From: Eledone cirrhosa
Taxonomy: Eukaryota
Length of the DNA stretch: 64,000 nucleotides
Direction of reading: 5' to 3'
Assembly (NCBI GenBank): GCA_964016885.1
Contig: OZ024743.1
Span: forward strand, 324,818,001-324,882,000
Shown here: piece after piece, positions 37,427-50,839 of the stretch
Layout of the letters: the number at the start of each line of letters is the position of its first letter
Numbering within the stretch: position 1 is the stretch's first letter
Program-made: the position numbers and the translations under genes
The notes under the pieces: model-generated
The model's database searches: none
The model's input: only the letters and a program-made list of their open reading frames with translations
What the model was told of the DNA's origin: nothing

Positions 37427-39071
37427 ATAATGATACATGACATACCCTGAGATGTTAAATGGTTAAGATTTAATCAAGGTAGTGATTAACCCAAGAGAAA
37501 ATTTTACTTATATCCTATTTATGAGAAAATGCGAAAACGTAATAAATTCATTAGAGAATGTGTGAGTAAGAAAAAACGTTGCATACTGTAATTGTTCTAA
37601 AAGTTTTAAAGTGTATGATACTACGATATATCTAGGAAAACGTCTCATGAATCATAACAGCCAGTGATAGCCACTGGAAAAGGATTTATAAAGAGGGAAA
37701 AATAAAGGGGGGGGGGGGGGGATATATGCAGAAGGAGATTTTTTCCGAAAGTTAAACGGTTAAATTTGAAAATATTTAATTTATAATATTAGAGTGAAGA
37801 CTCCAGATTTCAGGATTATTTGCTGGTTATTTATATATTATTTATATAAATTCGATAAGTGTGTTATCATTTCTAAACTTCTGAATTTTATGAGGGTAAC
37901 ATTTAAAGGATTTAGCTGGCACATAAAGGATGAAATATTATACTGTTGATTATTTACCTAAATTTAAACTTTGACAAATATACCAACTTATTAGGTATGT
38001 AAAGCTTTTGAAGTACTTATTGTTATAAATATTTAAATAACTGTTATGTATATAGGTATATATTAATAAGCCAGTATGTTTAAAGTAAATAATAACGACG
38101 AAGATAAAAATAAAATAAGATAATATATTGAAGGATGTTAAGGATAAATATATACCTATGTATAACTGGGTGTAAATGCACTAATTATTCTTCAACCAAG
38201 ATATCAACATATTATTATATTATTAGATACAGGGATGTATATATATAGATATATATTAGGTATTATTAGTGTAGTACACTTTAGGTAAATGATAACAGTT
38301 ATAATTTTATCAACGTGTCACATTTAAATACATATATATATATATAAGAAAAACAAACAATGAGTGCATGGATAATACAGAGTTCAAAATAATGTCTATA
38401 ATAATTTTTAGTTTGGATATTTTCTCTATATTTGAATCATATATATAGAAATGTGGGAGGTATATTTTAAAATATTTAAAGATATATAAAATATAATATA
38501 TAACTACATACATATTATAATACATTATATTATAAATAAATAAATAAGAGATCGAAAGTACAGCGAAAAATTCACATTTATATATAAGTTTGAATACGTC
38601 TCAAATTTTAGATTTTATAGTGCAGTAAATATATTTAAAAGAAATATATGCATATACTATATTATATAAAAGATCAACAACTCATTAAAATTTAGAGTTA
38701 TAGATAAGTTTCGTAAAAATTTATGGATTGGGTATTAAACTAAAATTTAAAAGAGATCACAAATGTATTAAAAATTAACAGTTATATAAATTCCGTAAAT
38801 ATGTAAGGATTAGGTATTATACTAAATTATAAGCATAGATAGGAAGATAGATAGAGAAATAAGGAGATAAAGAAATGATGGTATAGATCAAAGTTAACAA
38901 ATAAAGTTATGTCTATCAATGTTTAGGCATGTTATTGAAATATTGTCATTCATTCTAGCGTTGTTTCTTCTATAGATAGTTATAAAATAAAATAAAGCAA
39001 TATTAAAGGCCATTAATGTTTTTTACTGTTGATTATATATTCCTGGTAACGGAGTTATTATTAGCCTGGTG

Positions 39072-39265
39072 TTATTGTTTCTTTCTCGTTTTATGTGAGG
39101 CTAAAAAAGTGGACGTAGCTTTATGGAGGCAACTAGAGAACAATTCACTTTTTTTGTTAATTAGGGTCTCATAGTTATTAATAATCAACAGGGTCTCCAT
39201 TGTACAGAGCGGGCAGTTATTTGATATACTAGAGTTGCGGTAAATTCCACAGTTCCGAAGTTTTG
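39072..39265 (-). pseudogene. C-terminal fragment of a Penelope-type GIY-YIG endonuclease
   Basis: NNCPLCTMETLLIINNYETLINKKSELFSSCLHK matches the CxLCxxE...LNKxSE..SxCxH tail known from PLE endonucleases. Confidence 0.7.
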
Positions 39266-39414
39266 TTCATATTTTATTAATACTTTATTAATACATATTT
39301 TATTAATACTTATATTTTAATATTAATAACTCCAGAAAATTATTTTACCGTTGAGTGCTTCCAATCTACTGTAAAACTCATTCTTTGACATAATCATTGA
39401 ATATTGTTTAACAC

Positions 39415-39476
<62 letters not shown>

Positions 39477-39582
39477 AATAGAATGAAACGAAATTTCATT
39501 TCTCACTCTTAGTACGGTACTTACTTAAATGTAAGTATGTATGTATACGTACATACATATATGTATACAGACGTACAGTAGC

Positions 39583-39643
<61 letters not shown>

Positions 39644-39829
39644 CAGGCACACATATATATATGCACGTATCAGTTTACCGAACATTTATTATAATGTTCG
39701 CTTTGTTCGTTTGTAAACAAACGGACAGCCTGATTTACGCCGTACAGTGTTCAGGCAACCACGTCACCTTTTTGTTCAACACTGACACAGGAACGATGTA
39801 CTAGTTTCAAGCTTGTTAGCTATCGTCAG

Positions 39830-41380
39830 CACCGTATACCTTTCTGCCAGATGGTTGAACGTTCGAAAGTATATACTTTCCTTATGAAAATTAACGGCTG
39901 AGCAGCCTAATTTGCATATTGAGAAGAAAGGACAAGGGGTTTAATGACAGGATGAATAATATCACAGAGAGACTGTCTCCCAGAAATATACCCCTGCGAT
40001 ATTTTATGTTATCAGTGAAAATAGAGTCCCCCTGCTCTGTCTTTAACTTTAGGATAGTAGCCCAAGAAGAAGATAGCTTCTCTATGGCTCTGATAATAAT
40101 TCTGGGACTTTAGCAAGTCGGAGGGCCTCTATCATCCAAGAGTAGGGAACAGAATCGAAAGCTTTCCTGTAGTCCAGCCAGACTGTAGCCATATTCCTCC
40201 TAAATTGTCGCACCTCCGATATCGCAGTTTTGTTGATTAGGAGCTGTTCAGCACATCCCCAAACCACTTTCTTTCCAGCTGCTTGTTCATCTGTGATGAC
40301 GTTATTATTTTCGGATTGGCAGTATCGGTAGAGGATCGGACGCCACGCTTTGACAAATCCCACCGAGGTTAACTTTTCCTTTCATCCTTACGGGGTCGAT
40401 AAAATAAAGTACCACTAATGCGCTGGATAATTGCTGACCTTGTGCCAAAAGTAGAAACAATTATTTTCACAGTGATCTTGGAGGAATAGGTTCAGGCAGG
40501 CTGTATACATCTTATACATCAGGTTCTGGCATGCAAATGGTCGGTAGTATTTTGCCAGGTGGGTGTCTTTGTTCTTGGGGACCAGTAATGTTTGTGCTAA
40601 TGTCAACCATTCTGGTATAAGTGTATCTCCCTTAAGAGCTTGTTGGTAGAGGTCAGTAAGATCCCTCCGATAGAATATCAGTTTTTTGTACCAGTAGCCG
40701 ACAATCATGTCTCTTCCTGGTGTTTTCTTATCTTGGAGTTTTCCTATCAATGTCTCAAGGGTACCCTCACTTATTTCGTATGTTTTTGTTGTAGTGTAGG
40801 AGCAATAGTTCTTTTGGATTTCTTTTAGCCACACTGCATCTTGGTTTAAATTCTTCTTTTCACCCCATATTTTTCTCCAAAAGGAATCTATGTCTTTCTG
40901 GGATGGGGCCTCAGTGACACTTGGCAGTATCGGTAGAGGGTCGGACGCCATGCTTTCCAGCATAGTTACGTCCCTTTACGATCTGAGTTCAAATCCCGTC
41001 GAGGTTGACTTTGCCTTTCATCCTTACGGGGTCGATAAAATAAAGTACCAGTAATGCACTGGGTAATTGCTGGCCTTGTGCCTAAAGTAGAAACAATTAT
41101 TTTGTTCTTCATATCTCTATAGGTTTGGTTTCGTCTGAATCTTTTATTAAGCACTTTTCTTTCATCTATCTTCTTCAGTTATCGGCGTTTTTCGCTAACA
41201 GCTCTCAGTTCTTGTTTGAGGGTGATCAGCTTATATTGAAGAGTTCTGGTTCTACTGTTACCAAACACGTCTCTATTTTATTTTTCACTCTTTGTTGGTG
41301 AGGAGTGAAGTTTTTTTGTGTTTGTTTGCATGTAAGGAGCATTGTCACATATCCTATGGTTTTTCGTAGGTCAGCAATTT
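39830..41380 (-). mobile_element. Decayed R4/Dong-like LINE RT region interrupted by two family-A SINEs (40313-40464, 40921-41101, plus strand)
   Basis: FW..IW, KTPGRDMIVGYWYK, YRPFAC, EQLLINK, WLDYRKAFDSVP and RGIFLGDSLS motifs. Confidence 0.85.
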
Positions 41381-42630
41381 TTTTGTATGTATGTATTCCT
41401 ATTTATATGCATGTGTAGATTTATGGATGTATTCTATATGTATGTATGTATCTATGTATATATGTATGTGTGTATGTATGTGTGTGTATGTATGTATTTG
41501 TGTATGTGAGTATGTATGTGTTTATGTATGTATGCATGCATGTATGCGTGTATGTGTGTGTTTGTGTATGTGTAAGAGGAAGTGATGCGTGTGAGTAAGC
41601 AAATGTAAAAGAAATAGAGAACTGAATGTGTGTGAAAGAGAGTGGGAAAGAAATAGAGATAGATAGAGATACACACACAAACAAACAGGTAGAGAGAGGG
41701 AGGGCAGAGAGACTGAAGGAGATGGAGAGAGAGAGGGGGGACAGACATGCAGACACAGGCAGGCAGGTAAGCGGACAGACAGAGAAGAAGAAGAAGAAGA
41801 AGAAGAAGAAAGGGGAAGAGTGGTTGAATGAATAATAAGAGGAGACTTCCTAAACATTTGTTTAGGGGTGGGTAAAGGTTATTTAGACAGCGGGATGGTG
41901 ATATATGTCAAAGATCTACAGATTTATATAATAACAAATTTCTAGTGTTCGGTGCTTTTGTACAATGGTGAAGAATAGAGCATGGTGAAACATCTGTCTA
42001 GAAAGCAGGCCTCCATTAAAGGAGATCCTATTTACATTGCCAAATCTACCGACCTTCGTACACAGAACAAGACAAATAAACTGATAGCTGCTTAGAAAAT
42101 AACTGCACTGAAAAGTCTTGTCTGTGGCTGTTATTTCAACAGAGAAAGAAGCACTTTAATCAAAGAAAATAAAGTTCTTTAATTAAATAAATGTACTCTG
42201 ACTTCAGTATAAAGGATTTTTGTTTTTAAAAGAGAAAATTCTTTCTTTTTTTTATTTCGATTATGTCAAAAATTCCAGCCTTTCGATTAAGTCAACATTG
42301 TAATTTTTTAACAAAATTTTGTAAAACTTGGTTGATTCTCATAACATATGGTTAACAGAACCAAAACAAAAGCATCGCTGCGAATTTGGAACAGTAAAAA
42401 TAATTAAAAAAAACCTATTTCATCTGTCATCCAATTTAAAGCTACCACCTGTCCATTGTTAGCATTTAACGCAGTATCGTCTATTGCAAACAATCAGGCC
42501 AGATCTCTTTATATCAGACGATAGAAACTCGATATCTTAGTTCCTTGTTTTCTACTACCATACACTAATATATACAGTTTTTTATCAAAGACTCAAGGGC
42601 GCTTTTAGGTGGTTCCGTATAAAAGGGTTA

Positions 42631-43084
42631 CCGTATATGCCGGCATACAAGTCGATCCGGCGCATAGGTCGACCCCTAAAATTCTGAGATGTAATTAAGT
42701 TTTCGGCTTATATTCGCCGGATAAGACGCCCCCCAAAAAAGACAGTACCATCTCCCAATCCTAAGGCTAAGACATTTCTAAAACACTTCAGTCACAAGTG
42801 AGTTCTAGCTCACTAAGTAAACCAGCCTAGCCTAACCTTAACCAACCTATGAACTGCGGTAAGTCATTCATATAATAATCTCTACGTTAAATTGACATAA
42901 CAAATATGAGATTCATAATTGTGGTGGGCTGCAAGAGTTATGGTAAGTGGTGTACAACGAGTGTTAGGCAGACAGTTTCACTGTTTACCCCTCAGTGGTA
43001 AAGGTTCACATTTTATAGTCGATCCCTGGTTTTGGAGAGATATTTTTAGGCCCCAAATGTCGACTTGTACGCCGGCATATACGG
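42631..43084. mobile_element. pogo-type MITE with TA TSD
   Basis: TA-CCGTATATGCCGGCATACAAGTCGA ... TCGACTTGTACGCCGGCATATACGG-TA. Confidence 0.88.
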
Positions 43085-43105
43085 TAAATAATTATCATAT
43101 TATTG

Positions 43106-43276
43106 CAGACCTGTCAACTCTCCCCGTCCGACCGGGAAATCTCCCACCTACTTTAGGGTGGGTGAGGGATGTCTTCTCTTGTGAAAATGGATATAGCTTT
43201 CACTATGTTAAATCTCCCGACTTTGCCTTTTTTTCATGGTACTCCCCGTTTAGGTTTTTAGAGTTTGGCAGGTCTG
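43106..43276. mobile_element. MITE with CAGACCTG termini and 6-bp TSD TTATTG (hAT-like)
   Basis: TIRs and TSD seen directly; related copies at 50645-50839 and 62884-63080. Confidence 0.8.
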
Positions 43277-44117
43277 TTATTGACGAATGGTTTGTACTTT
43301 CACAGTGAAAGTTCGTCCCCTAGTGGTTATGGTATTGGACTCACGATCGTAAGGTGGTGGGTTTGATTAGCTGACTAGGTGGTGTGCTGCGTGTTTCAAC
43401 AAAATACTTTATTTCTCTTTACTTCTTCTGACAGAGGTTGTGAGCGGCTCCTTGGTGGACACAGCATGGCCGAATGGTTAAGAAGTTTGCTTTGCAATAG
43501 TTTAATCCTGGGTTCAATCCTACTCTGTAGCAGCTTGGGTAAGTGCCATTTACCATAGCCTTGGATCGACCCATGACCTGTGAGTGAAATTGAGTAGACG
43601 GAAACTGCTTGGAAGCCTAAAATTCAACCTTGTCACACACAGAATTACGTTAAAGTTACATATGTCTGTGGATTGTTCATCCACTGGAGTGATAATTTCA
43701 GGACCAAGCTGTTCCGTTGATCGAACGACTGAACAATTCATCGTCGAAACCAATGAATGCTCATCTTATTTTCAGGCATGATCCATTTCAGATTCATAAC
43801 TACCACAGCTGTGTTTCTGGTGTACTTAGAATTAATGTATCTGAAGCGAAATTCAATATTGTGTCTGCATTGGTGCAGAATATGCTCAATGTAGAAACAA
43901 ATAAACACACTACTTTAGACTGCAGTTCAAAATAGGCTTTTTTTTTAAAAATAATTTCGCTACATATCTGTTAGGCAGAGAATTGACATTGTCGTTAAGA
44001 CGTCAGACAGGGGGTGTTGTGGTATACGTTTCGGCACTCTAATCTCTGAGTTCAAGTCCCACCAAAGCCAACTTTGCATTTCGTCCTTTCGAGGTCGATA
44101 AATAAATTACCAATCCA

Positions 44118-44189
<72 letters not shown>

Positions 44190-45345
44190 CTGGAAGAAAT
44201 GTCTTCAGACCTGAAAATGCCCATGAAAGTATGTCACAGACCCATCCATACACTGTATCTATTGAATTTGTAGTAATATTCAGTACATATATTAAATAGT
44301 GGTTAGAGCATTGGGCTTGCAATCGAAAGGGTGTGAGCTCAATTTTCGGACCGGGTGGTGCGTTGTGTTTTTTAGCAAGACACTTTATTTCGCGTTGCTC
44401 CAGTTTACTCAGCTGTAGAAATGAGTTGCGACGTCACTGGTGCCAAGCTGTGTTACCCATTGCCTTACCCTTGGACGACATCGGCGGCGTCGAGAGCGGA
44501 GGCTGGTATGGATGGGCGACTGCTTGTCTTCCTCAAACAACTTTACTCGGACTTAGTCCTCGGAGGGTTCTAGGTGCAAATTCCAGGATCATTCGTGACC
44601 GAAGGGAGTCTTTACCCTATATTAAATATTACTACAAATATTCAATATATATAAATATAGTTTTATTGTAATACCCAATTACAAACAAGACATTCTGGAA
44701 TAATACATCGCCCTTGAATTAATGAAGTAATTGTATACCACCATATACTCTCAGGTCTTGAATAATCTCCACCCTCCCCCATCGCTTATTCATTTTTCAG
44801 ATCTTTTCCACCCGGTTTTATTCCACACACATACCTGCGTTTATTCAATTTTGCTAATCTATCCTCGGCGATATTTTATTGTAAGTGATTCATATTGATA
44901 CAGCAGCTGGAGAATTTAATAATATTTTTACTTTACATTAAAAAAACATTATATATGAGAAAAGAACATTACAAGAAATCCCACATTTACGAACGTACAC
45001 TATACAATTACCGATTTCCCAACCCCGCGTTTATTCCAACCCCCCTCCTCCATCTGATAGAATTTAAGCAAATGTCCGCCGCCACCACGCCCACCTCCAT
45101 TATTTGGGACCTGAGAGTATGACTTTGGCATTTAAACCTGGTGGAGCCCGTCCTCCTCAAGGTCTGAACACAAACCAATTCTTCCAGAGAAAGAGAAAGA
45201 ACATGAGAGGAGCCTTGTTTTATCAACCTCAAATGGATGAAAACCAAAGTTGAGCTGGATGGGATTTAAACTCAGAGTGCAGAGAGCAAAGCATTCTATC
45301 TGATATTCTAACGACTCTGCCAATCACCATTCTACCATTACTTCA

Positions 45346-46052
45346 TGAATTGGCAGTATCGGTAGAGGGTCGGACGCCATGCTTTCCAGTATAGAGTTAC
45401 GCCCCTTTATGGTCTGAGTTCAAATCCCGCCGAGGTTAACTTTGCCTTTCATCCTTACGGGGTCGATAAAATAAAGTACCAGTAATGCACTGGGTAATTA
45501 CTGGCCTTATGCCAAAAGTAGAAACAAATATTAGAATTTATTAATACATCTTAACTTCTTATGGAGTCGTAGAGGCGCCATTTTGACGTACTGTGCAAAC
45601 AAAACGAACGATCGATGTGTTCTTCCCTAACTTAGGAAGAATACATGGATCGTTCGTTTTGTCTTGCATTATTTTTGTTCTAACATTTGAAAAGAGGGTT
45701 ATAACCCTGAAATATTATGTTGAAATATACTGGGTAAAACAACACTTTCTTTTGTTTTATTTCTTATCCTTTGCCCTTTATATATTTCTACTGTATTACA
45801 CCGGCTTTCTGAAATACTTTCCAGACATTTATTACATATCTCACAATGCTTCCTATTAACTATCAAATATAATTGTTTCTAATTTTGGCACAAGGCCAGC
45901 AATTACCCAGTACATTACTGGTACTTTATTTTATCGACCCCGTATGGATGAAAGGCAAAGTTAACCTCAGCGGGATTTGAACTCAGATCGTAAAGGGACG
46001 TAACTATGCTGGAAAGCATGTCCCACCCTCTACCGATACTGCCAATTCACCA
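45346..46052. mobile_element. Two family-A SINEs in inverted orientation (45346-45530 plus; 45869-46052 minus)
   Basis: Full bodies visible. Confidence 0.85.
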
Positions 46053-46057
46053 TAATA

Positions 46058-47978
46058 CCGTGTTTCCCCCATTATAAGCCACCCGCGAAAATAAGCCGTA
46101 GCACTATATTTCAGGATGAAGTTAATATAAGCCATGCCCCGAAAATAAACCGTAGCAAAAATGAACGCCAAAAGAAAGAAATGGCCAGCTATGAAAATTG
46201 GCGCAATCAGCCATTATAGAATAGGATTGTATCTTAAGGTAAAACTAACTGATAAGCGGGTGTATAAGAAGTTTGTGGAATACTCGGAAGTAAAAAAATC
46301 GATAATGAAATTAACGAAAGGAAAGGGGGAAGTGCGTGCAATCAATATTGTTTATGCAAATGCTGGTACAAACCGGAAGTAATGGCTTATCAGTAACTTC
46401 AGGGGAGAAGATCATTTTCAGCCCTAGACAAGATAAAAGGAGGGAAGAGTTATACAGTCGAGTACAAGAAAGGAATTGTGGAGGAATCACTGGGCAAGAA
46501 TCTTACTATTTTCTGCAAAGAAAAGAATCTGGATCTCCGAATGGTTCAAAGATGGAGAATGGACTACGATAAACTCAGTCAGGACATGGACGAGGGAAAT
46601 GCAAAGAAACGTAAGCGTGGATCTGGTCGACAACCGATATTTCTTGAGCTGGAAGATGCCATCTGTGAATGGATTGCGGAAAGAAGAGCCAGAACTTTGG
46701 TTGTTTACAGGGCTGATATTCAAACATTTGCACTAGAGTTTGGTATAGTTCCAGAAGAATTCAAAGCATCCAAACACTGGCTGGATAATTTCCTTCAGCG
46801 ACACGAATTTTCTCTGAGAAGATCGACAACACTGTTCAAACTGGACGATACTGAGATTATTAAACGTGCACTCGCATTTAAGTCTTTTGTTGATGGAATA
46901 GACTTTTCTAACTACCGTCTCTCCAACATGAATGCTATGGATGAAACAGCAGTATTCATGGGTCAAAGCTCTCAATCTACAATTGATCAAAAGGGTGCGT
47001 CGTCAATTTACATTCCATCCACTGATTACGAAAGTGCACGAATTACGTGTATCTTGGCAATTCGTCTCGACGGAAGCAAAGCTCCACCTCTTATCATCAC
47101 TAAAGGCAAGAAAGATAAAATTGAACGCGTTTCAGGTATCTGTGTTCTGGAAACTGAAAAGGTGTGGTGCACACAGGCAGTTTTAAGGAAGTGGGTCGAT
47201 TTCATGCTGCCATTGATTTTGCGTGGAACCCAAAGAGGTCTCATAGTCTGGGATTCAGCCAGCATGCACCGCGCCATAGATATGAAGAACTTTCTTGCAG
47301 AAAGAAGAATCGATCAACTCATGATTCCCGCAGGAATGACCGCTTATCTCAAGACTCTTGACATTGCACTGAATAAACCATTCAAGGACCATCTGCGCAT
47401 GGAAATAAATGACTACATCGAAAACAAAATGGCGAGAAATGAGCGGAGAAATTTTGTGAAGCCCAGCCTTCAAGAGATCGTGACTTGGGTGGGAAATTCA
47501 TGGAACAAAAGCACAGATAGCTGTGTCAAGAATGAACTACGAGCAGGCTATCTGGATAAGAAATCTCCATTCGATTCGACCTCCATCGCTCAACATAAAA
47601 GACTAGGGACGAAAATTCTGCAGGCAATTGAGTCACAAGAACATTCCACAGGAATCATTGAATCCACTGATTTGGAAAACAATGACATTCCAGAGCAGGA
47701 TGGCATGATTATTTTTGAATAAATTAGTGGATTATTTCGCTCATGAGTTTTTGAATTAAAGGGTGTGTTAATTTTTAATAAATTTGATCTTTCAAGTAAA
47801 CGTTGCGCGTAAATGCCGATTGTTTTTTCGTAATTTCCAATCATTTAGCGAATTTGTAATTTTCAGTTTCGTAGTGTCGTTTTTTTCAGTATATGAACCT
47901 CTTCCGAAAATAAACCGTAGTGGTACATTTCGGAGTAAAAATTAATATAACCCATGGCTTATAATCGGGGAAACACGG
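46058..47978 (+). mobile_element. pogo-superfamily DNA transposon (DD35D, Passer-like), full length
   Basis: TA-CCGTGTTTCCCC..TTATAAGCCA / TGGCTTATAATCGGGGAAACACGG-TA TIRs; subterminal CGAAAATAA(G/A)CCGTAG repeats. Confidence 0.92.
46161..47722 (+). pseudogene. pogo transposase (BrkDBD-like, CENP-B HTH, DDE_1), N-terminus split by a 269-bp insert
   Basis: FKASKHWLDNFLQRH HTH; MDET, VWDS-x-TLD with 35 residues between the 2nd and 3rd Asp; MNAKRK (46161) joins in frame to SYTVEYKKGIVEES (46448). Confidence 0.88.
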
Positions 47979-48147
47979 TAGCGAATGTGTGTGTATTTAT
48001 GTATTTATATATTTGTCCTGAGATTATTGAGGAAGGATGTGGGTGGTGAGAAACTGTAGAAAACAGCGACCAGCGTTTCTAAGATTCGCTACACTTGTGT
48101 GAGTATATGTAGCGAATTGGCAACACACATTGGCTATTATTGTTGAA

Positions 48148-48808
48148 GGTCGGTGGATTGGCAGTATCGGTAGAAGGTCGGACGCCATGCTTTGCAGCAT
48201 AGATTTACGGCCCTTTACAGTATGAGTCCAATTCCTGCCGAGGTCAACTTTGCCTTTCATCCTTACAGGGTCGATAAAATAAAGTACCAGTAATGCACTG
48301 AGTAATTACTGGCCTTGTGCCAAATGTAGAAACAATTATTGTTGAAGGTCGGACGCTATGCTTTGCAGCATAGAGTTACGGCCCTTTATGATCTGAGTTC
48401 AAATCCCGTCGAGCTTAACTTTGCCTTTCATCCTTACGGGGTCGGTAAAATAAAGTACCAGTAACATACTGATATAATTGCTGGCCTTGTGCCAAAAGTA
48501 GGAACAATTATTGTATGAGTATATGTGTGTAAGTATATGTGTTTTTGTGTGAATGTATTTATACTTGTGTGAGTATATGTAGTGAATTCGCTACATATAT
48601 TGACGACTATTATTGTGTGGTAGATTGGCAGTATTGGTAGAGCGTCAGACAACATGCTTTGCAGCACAAAGTTATAGCCCTTTACGTTCTGAGTTCAAAT
48701 CCCGCCAAGGTTAACTTTGCCTTTCATCCTTACGAGATTGATAAAATAAAGCACCAGTAATGCACTGGGGTACTTGCTGGCCTTGTGCCAACAGTAGAAA
48801 CAATTATT
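48148..48808 (+). mobile_element. Three nested or tandem family-A SINEs
   Basis: TSDs ATTATTGTTGAAGGTCGG and ATTATTGTGTG. Confidence 0.85.
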
Positions 48809-50644
48809 GTGTGAATATATATATATGTGTGTTTGTGTGAATATATATATATACTCATACATATAAATGTATACATATGCACACTAAGATATTATCTTGG
48901 TGTGCATATGTTAGTTGCAGATAGTTTTTTCACAAAAAAGTTTGTAATAAAAGAATTATTAAACCAAAAACTTGCTTTTGTACTCTTTTTTAATATATAA
49001 AATACTACAAATAACCGTCATTTTTTTACGGTGCGGGGCCAGCTAGTACTATTTTATATTGTTATTTATTTAAGGGCCTCTTTAGATCTCATGAGACCAA
49101 GAATCTCCACCTGGAAAGGTTATTTCCAAGACAAGCCTGGACAAGCTATTTTTATGGAAAACCATGTCTCCTCTCTCCACATCACTATTATTGTCCAAGG
49201 GAACGGCAAGCGGTAAATACAGCTTGGCGCCAATGTCACCACAACTAATACACTAGATATACACCAAATATACATTATATATACAATATACACACTATAT
49301 ATACACTATATACACTATAATGACCTCCTTCGGTCACGAATAACCATGGGATTTTGCACCTAGAAAGTTCCCCTCCGAGGCACAAGTCCAGGCAAGGTTG
49401 TTTGTGGAAGACCTGCAGTCACCCATGTATACCAATCTCCCCTCTCCATGCCACTGATGTTGTCCAAGGGAAAGGCAATGGCCGATGCAGCTTGGCACCA
49501 GTGACGTTGCAACTCATTTCTACAGCTGAGTGAACTGGAGCAACGTGAAATAAAGTGTATTGTTCAAAGACACAACACAAAACCCGGTCATATACATTAT
49601 ATATGATGGTGTCCTTGGGGTAGGCAAAGGCCAATGCAGTTAGGCACCAGTTCTGTTGTAAGTGAACTCAGAACATAAAATATTTAATCTAACACTTTAA
49701 CAATTTTACCAATTTGCTGCCATATAGTTAATATATTCCTGATTAATATAAGGTTAGAAATAAATGAAGAAATATAAGAAAAAATATTGTCATCAGTAAA
49801 GAAAGGAATAGATAGTTCTCAGGTCTAAAGGTAAGTATTAATTAAAATTGTTTTTTTTTTTATTGAATATTATTATCTTTGTTGGGAAAAAATTTAATCA
49901 TTAAATTCAATATTTATTTATATTTTATTAGCGTTTCCTAAAGAAAAGAAAATGTATTTATTTATTTTATCTTTTTAATCAAAAACTTCAAATTCTTGTT
50001 TTTTTAACATACTGTACCAAAATGACCTCAAAGTACTTCTTCACCTCCCACTCGTATTAAAGTTTGGTTCATTTGTTTACAGTTCCACTTCCTATTATAT
50101 TAAGACTTTGTAAGAGTTGGGAATTGACTGAACTGATAGAGTGTTGCATGAAATGCTTTTATAGTCAGAGTTCAAATCTTGCTGAGATTAACTGTGTCTT
50201 TTGTCTTTATGGGGACAATTACATCAAGTAGTAGTTTTCCAACCTGTCGTCCACAAAGGTAGAACAGATCTCTCAAAGGCTGCGAGTGTAAAGGAAAACC
50301 CATTAAATTAAACAGGATACTTGATTATGTTAAGTAGAAATCTGTTTATCAGTTCAGTAACTCTGTTTAATTACTGACTTAGTCTGTGACAACCTGTCCA
50401 ACTCGTGATGGCAGCAGGGTGGGAAGGAATGGACGTTAAATCTTGATGATGATGATAATTTGAGATCTGACAGACAATTACACATGTAACTGATGAATCA
50501 TAATGTCATGAAATGTTATATTTAAAAAAAAGTGGGTTGCTAATGTAAAATGTTTTGAAGACTTCATTGTGGGTAAGGGGATGATCACAGCTGGTCTGCT
50601 TTTATTCACATGTCTACTCAATAAAACAATTTATATACATTTAT

Positions 50645-50839
50645 CAGACCTGCCAACCACTAAAACCCTAAATGGAGAGTACCATGAAAAAAGTGCCCCC
50701 AAAAGGGGAGAAATGAGGCAAAATAGTAAGATTTTACATAATGAAAGCTATACCTATTTTCACAAGAGAAGACATCTCTCACCCACCCCAAAGTGGGTGG
50801 GATACCTCCCCATCAGACGGGAGAGAGTTGACAGTTCTG
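50645..50839. mobile_element. CAGACCTG MITE copy
   Basis: Homologous to 62884-63080; imperfect 6-bp TSD ATTTAT/TTTTAT. Confidence 0.75.

Larger units (their letters stand above)
37325..39418 (-). mobile_element. Penelope-like element 3' portion: endonuclease C-terminus, long AT-rich UTR, hammerhead, 28-bp inverted end, in (TA)n
   Basis: Peptide at 39265-39072, hammerhead at 37426-37374, inverted repeat 37325-37352 / 39296-39323. Confidence 0.75.

Noticed and set aside
46239-46421. GT-AG intron explaining the transposase interruption
   Set aside because: Splicing AAG|GTAAAA to TTTTCAG| gives an immediate stop and does not restore the frame.
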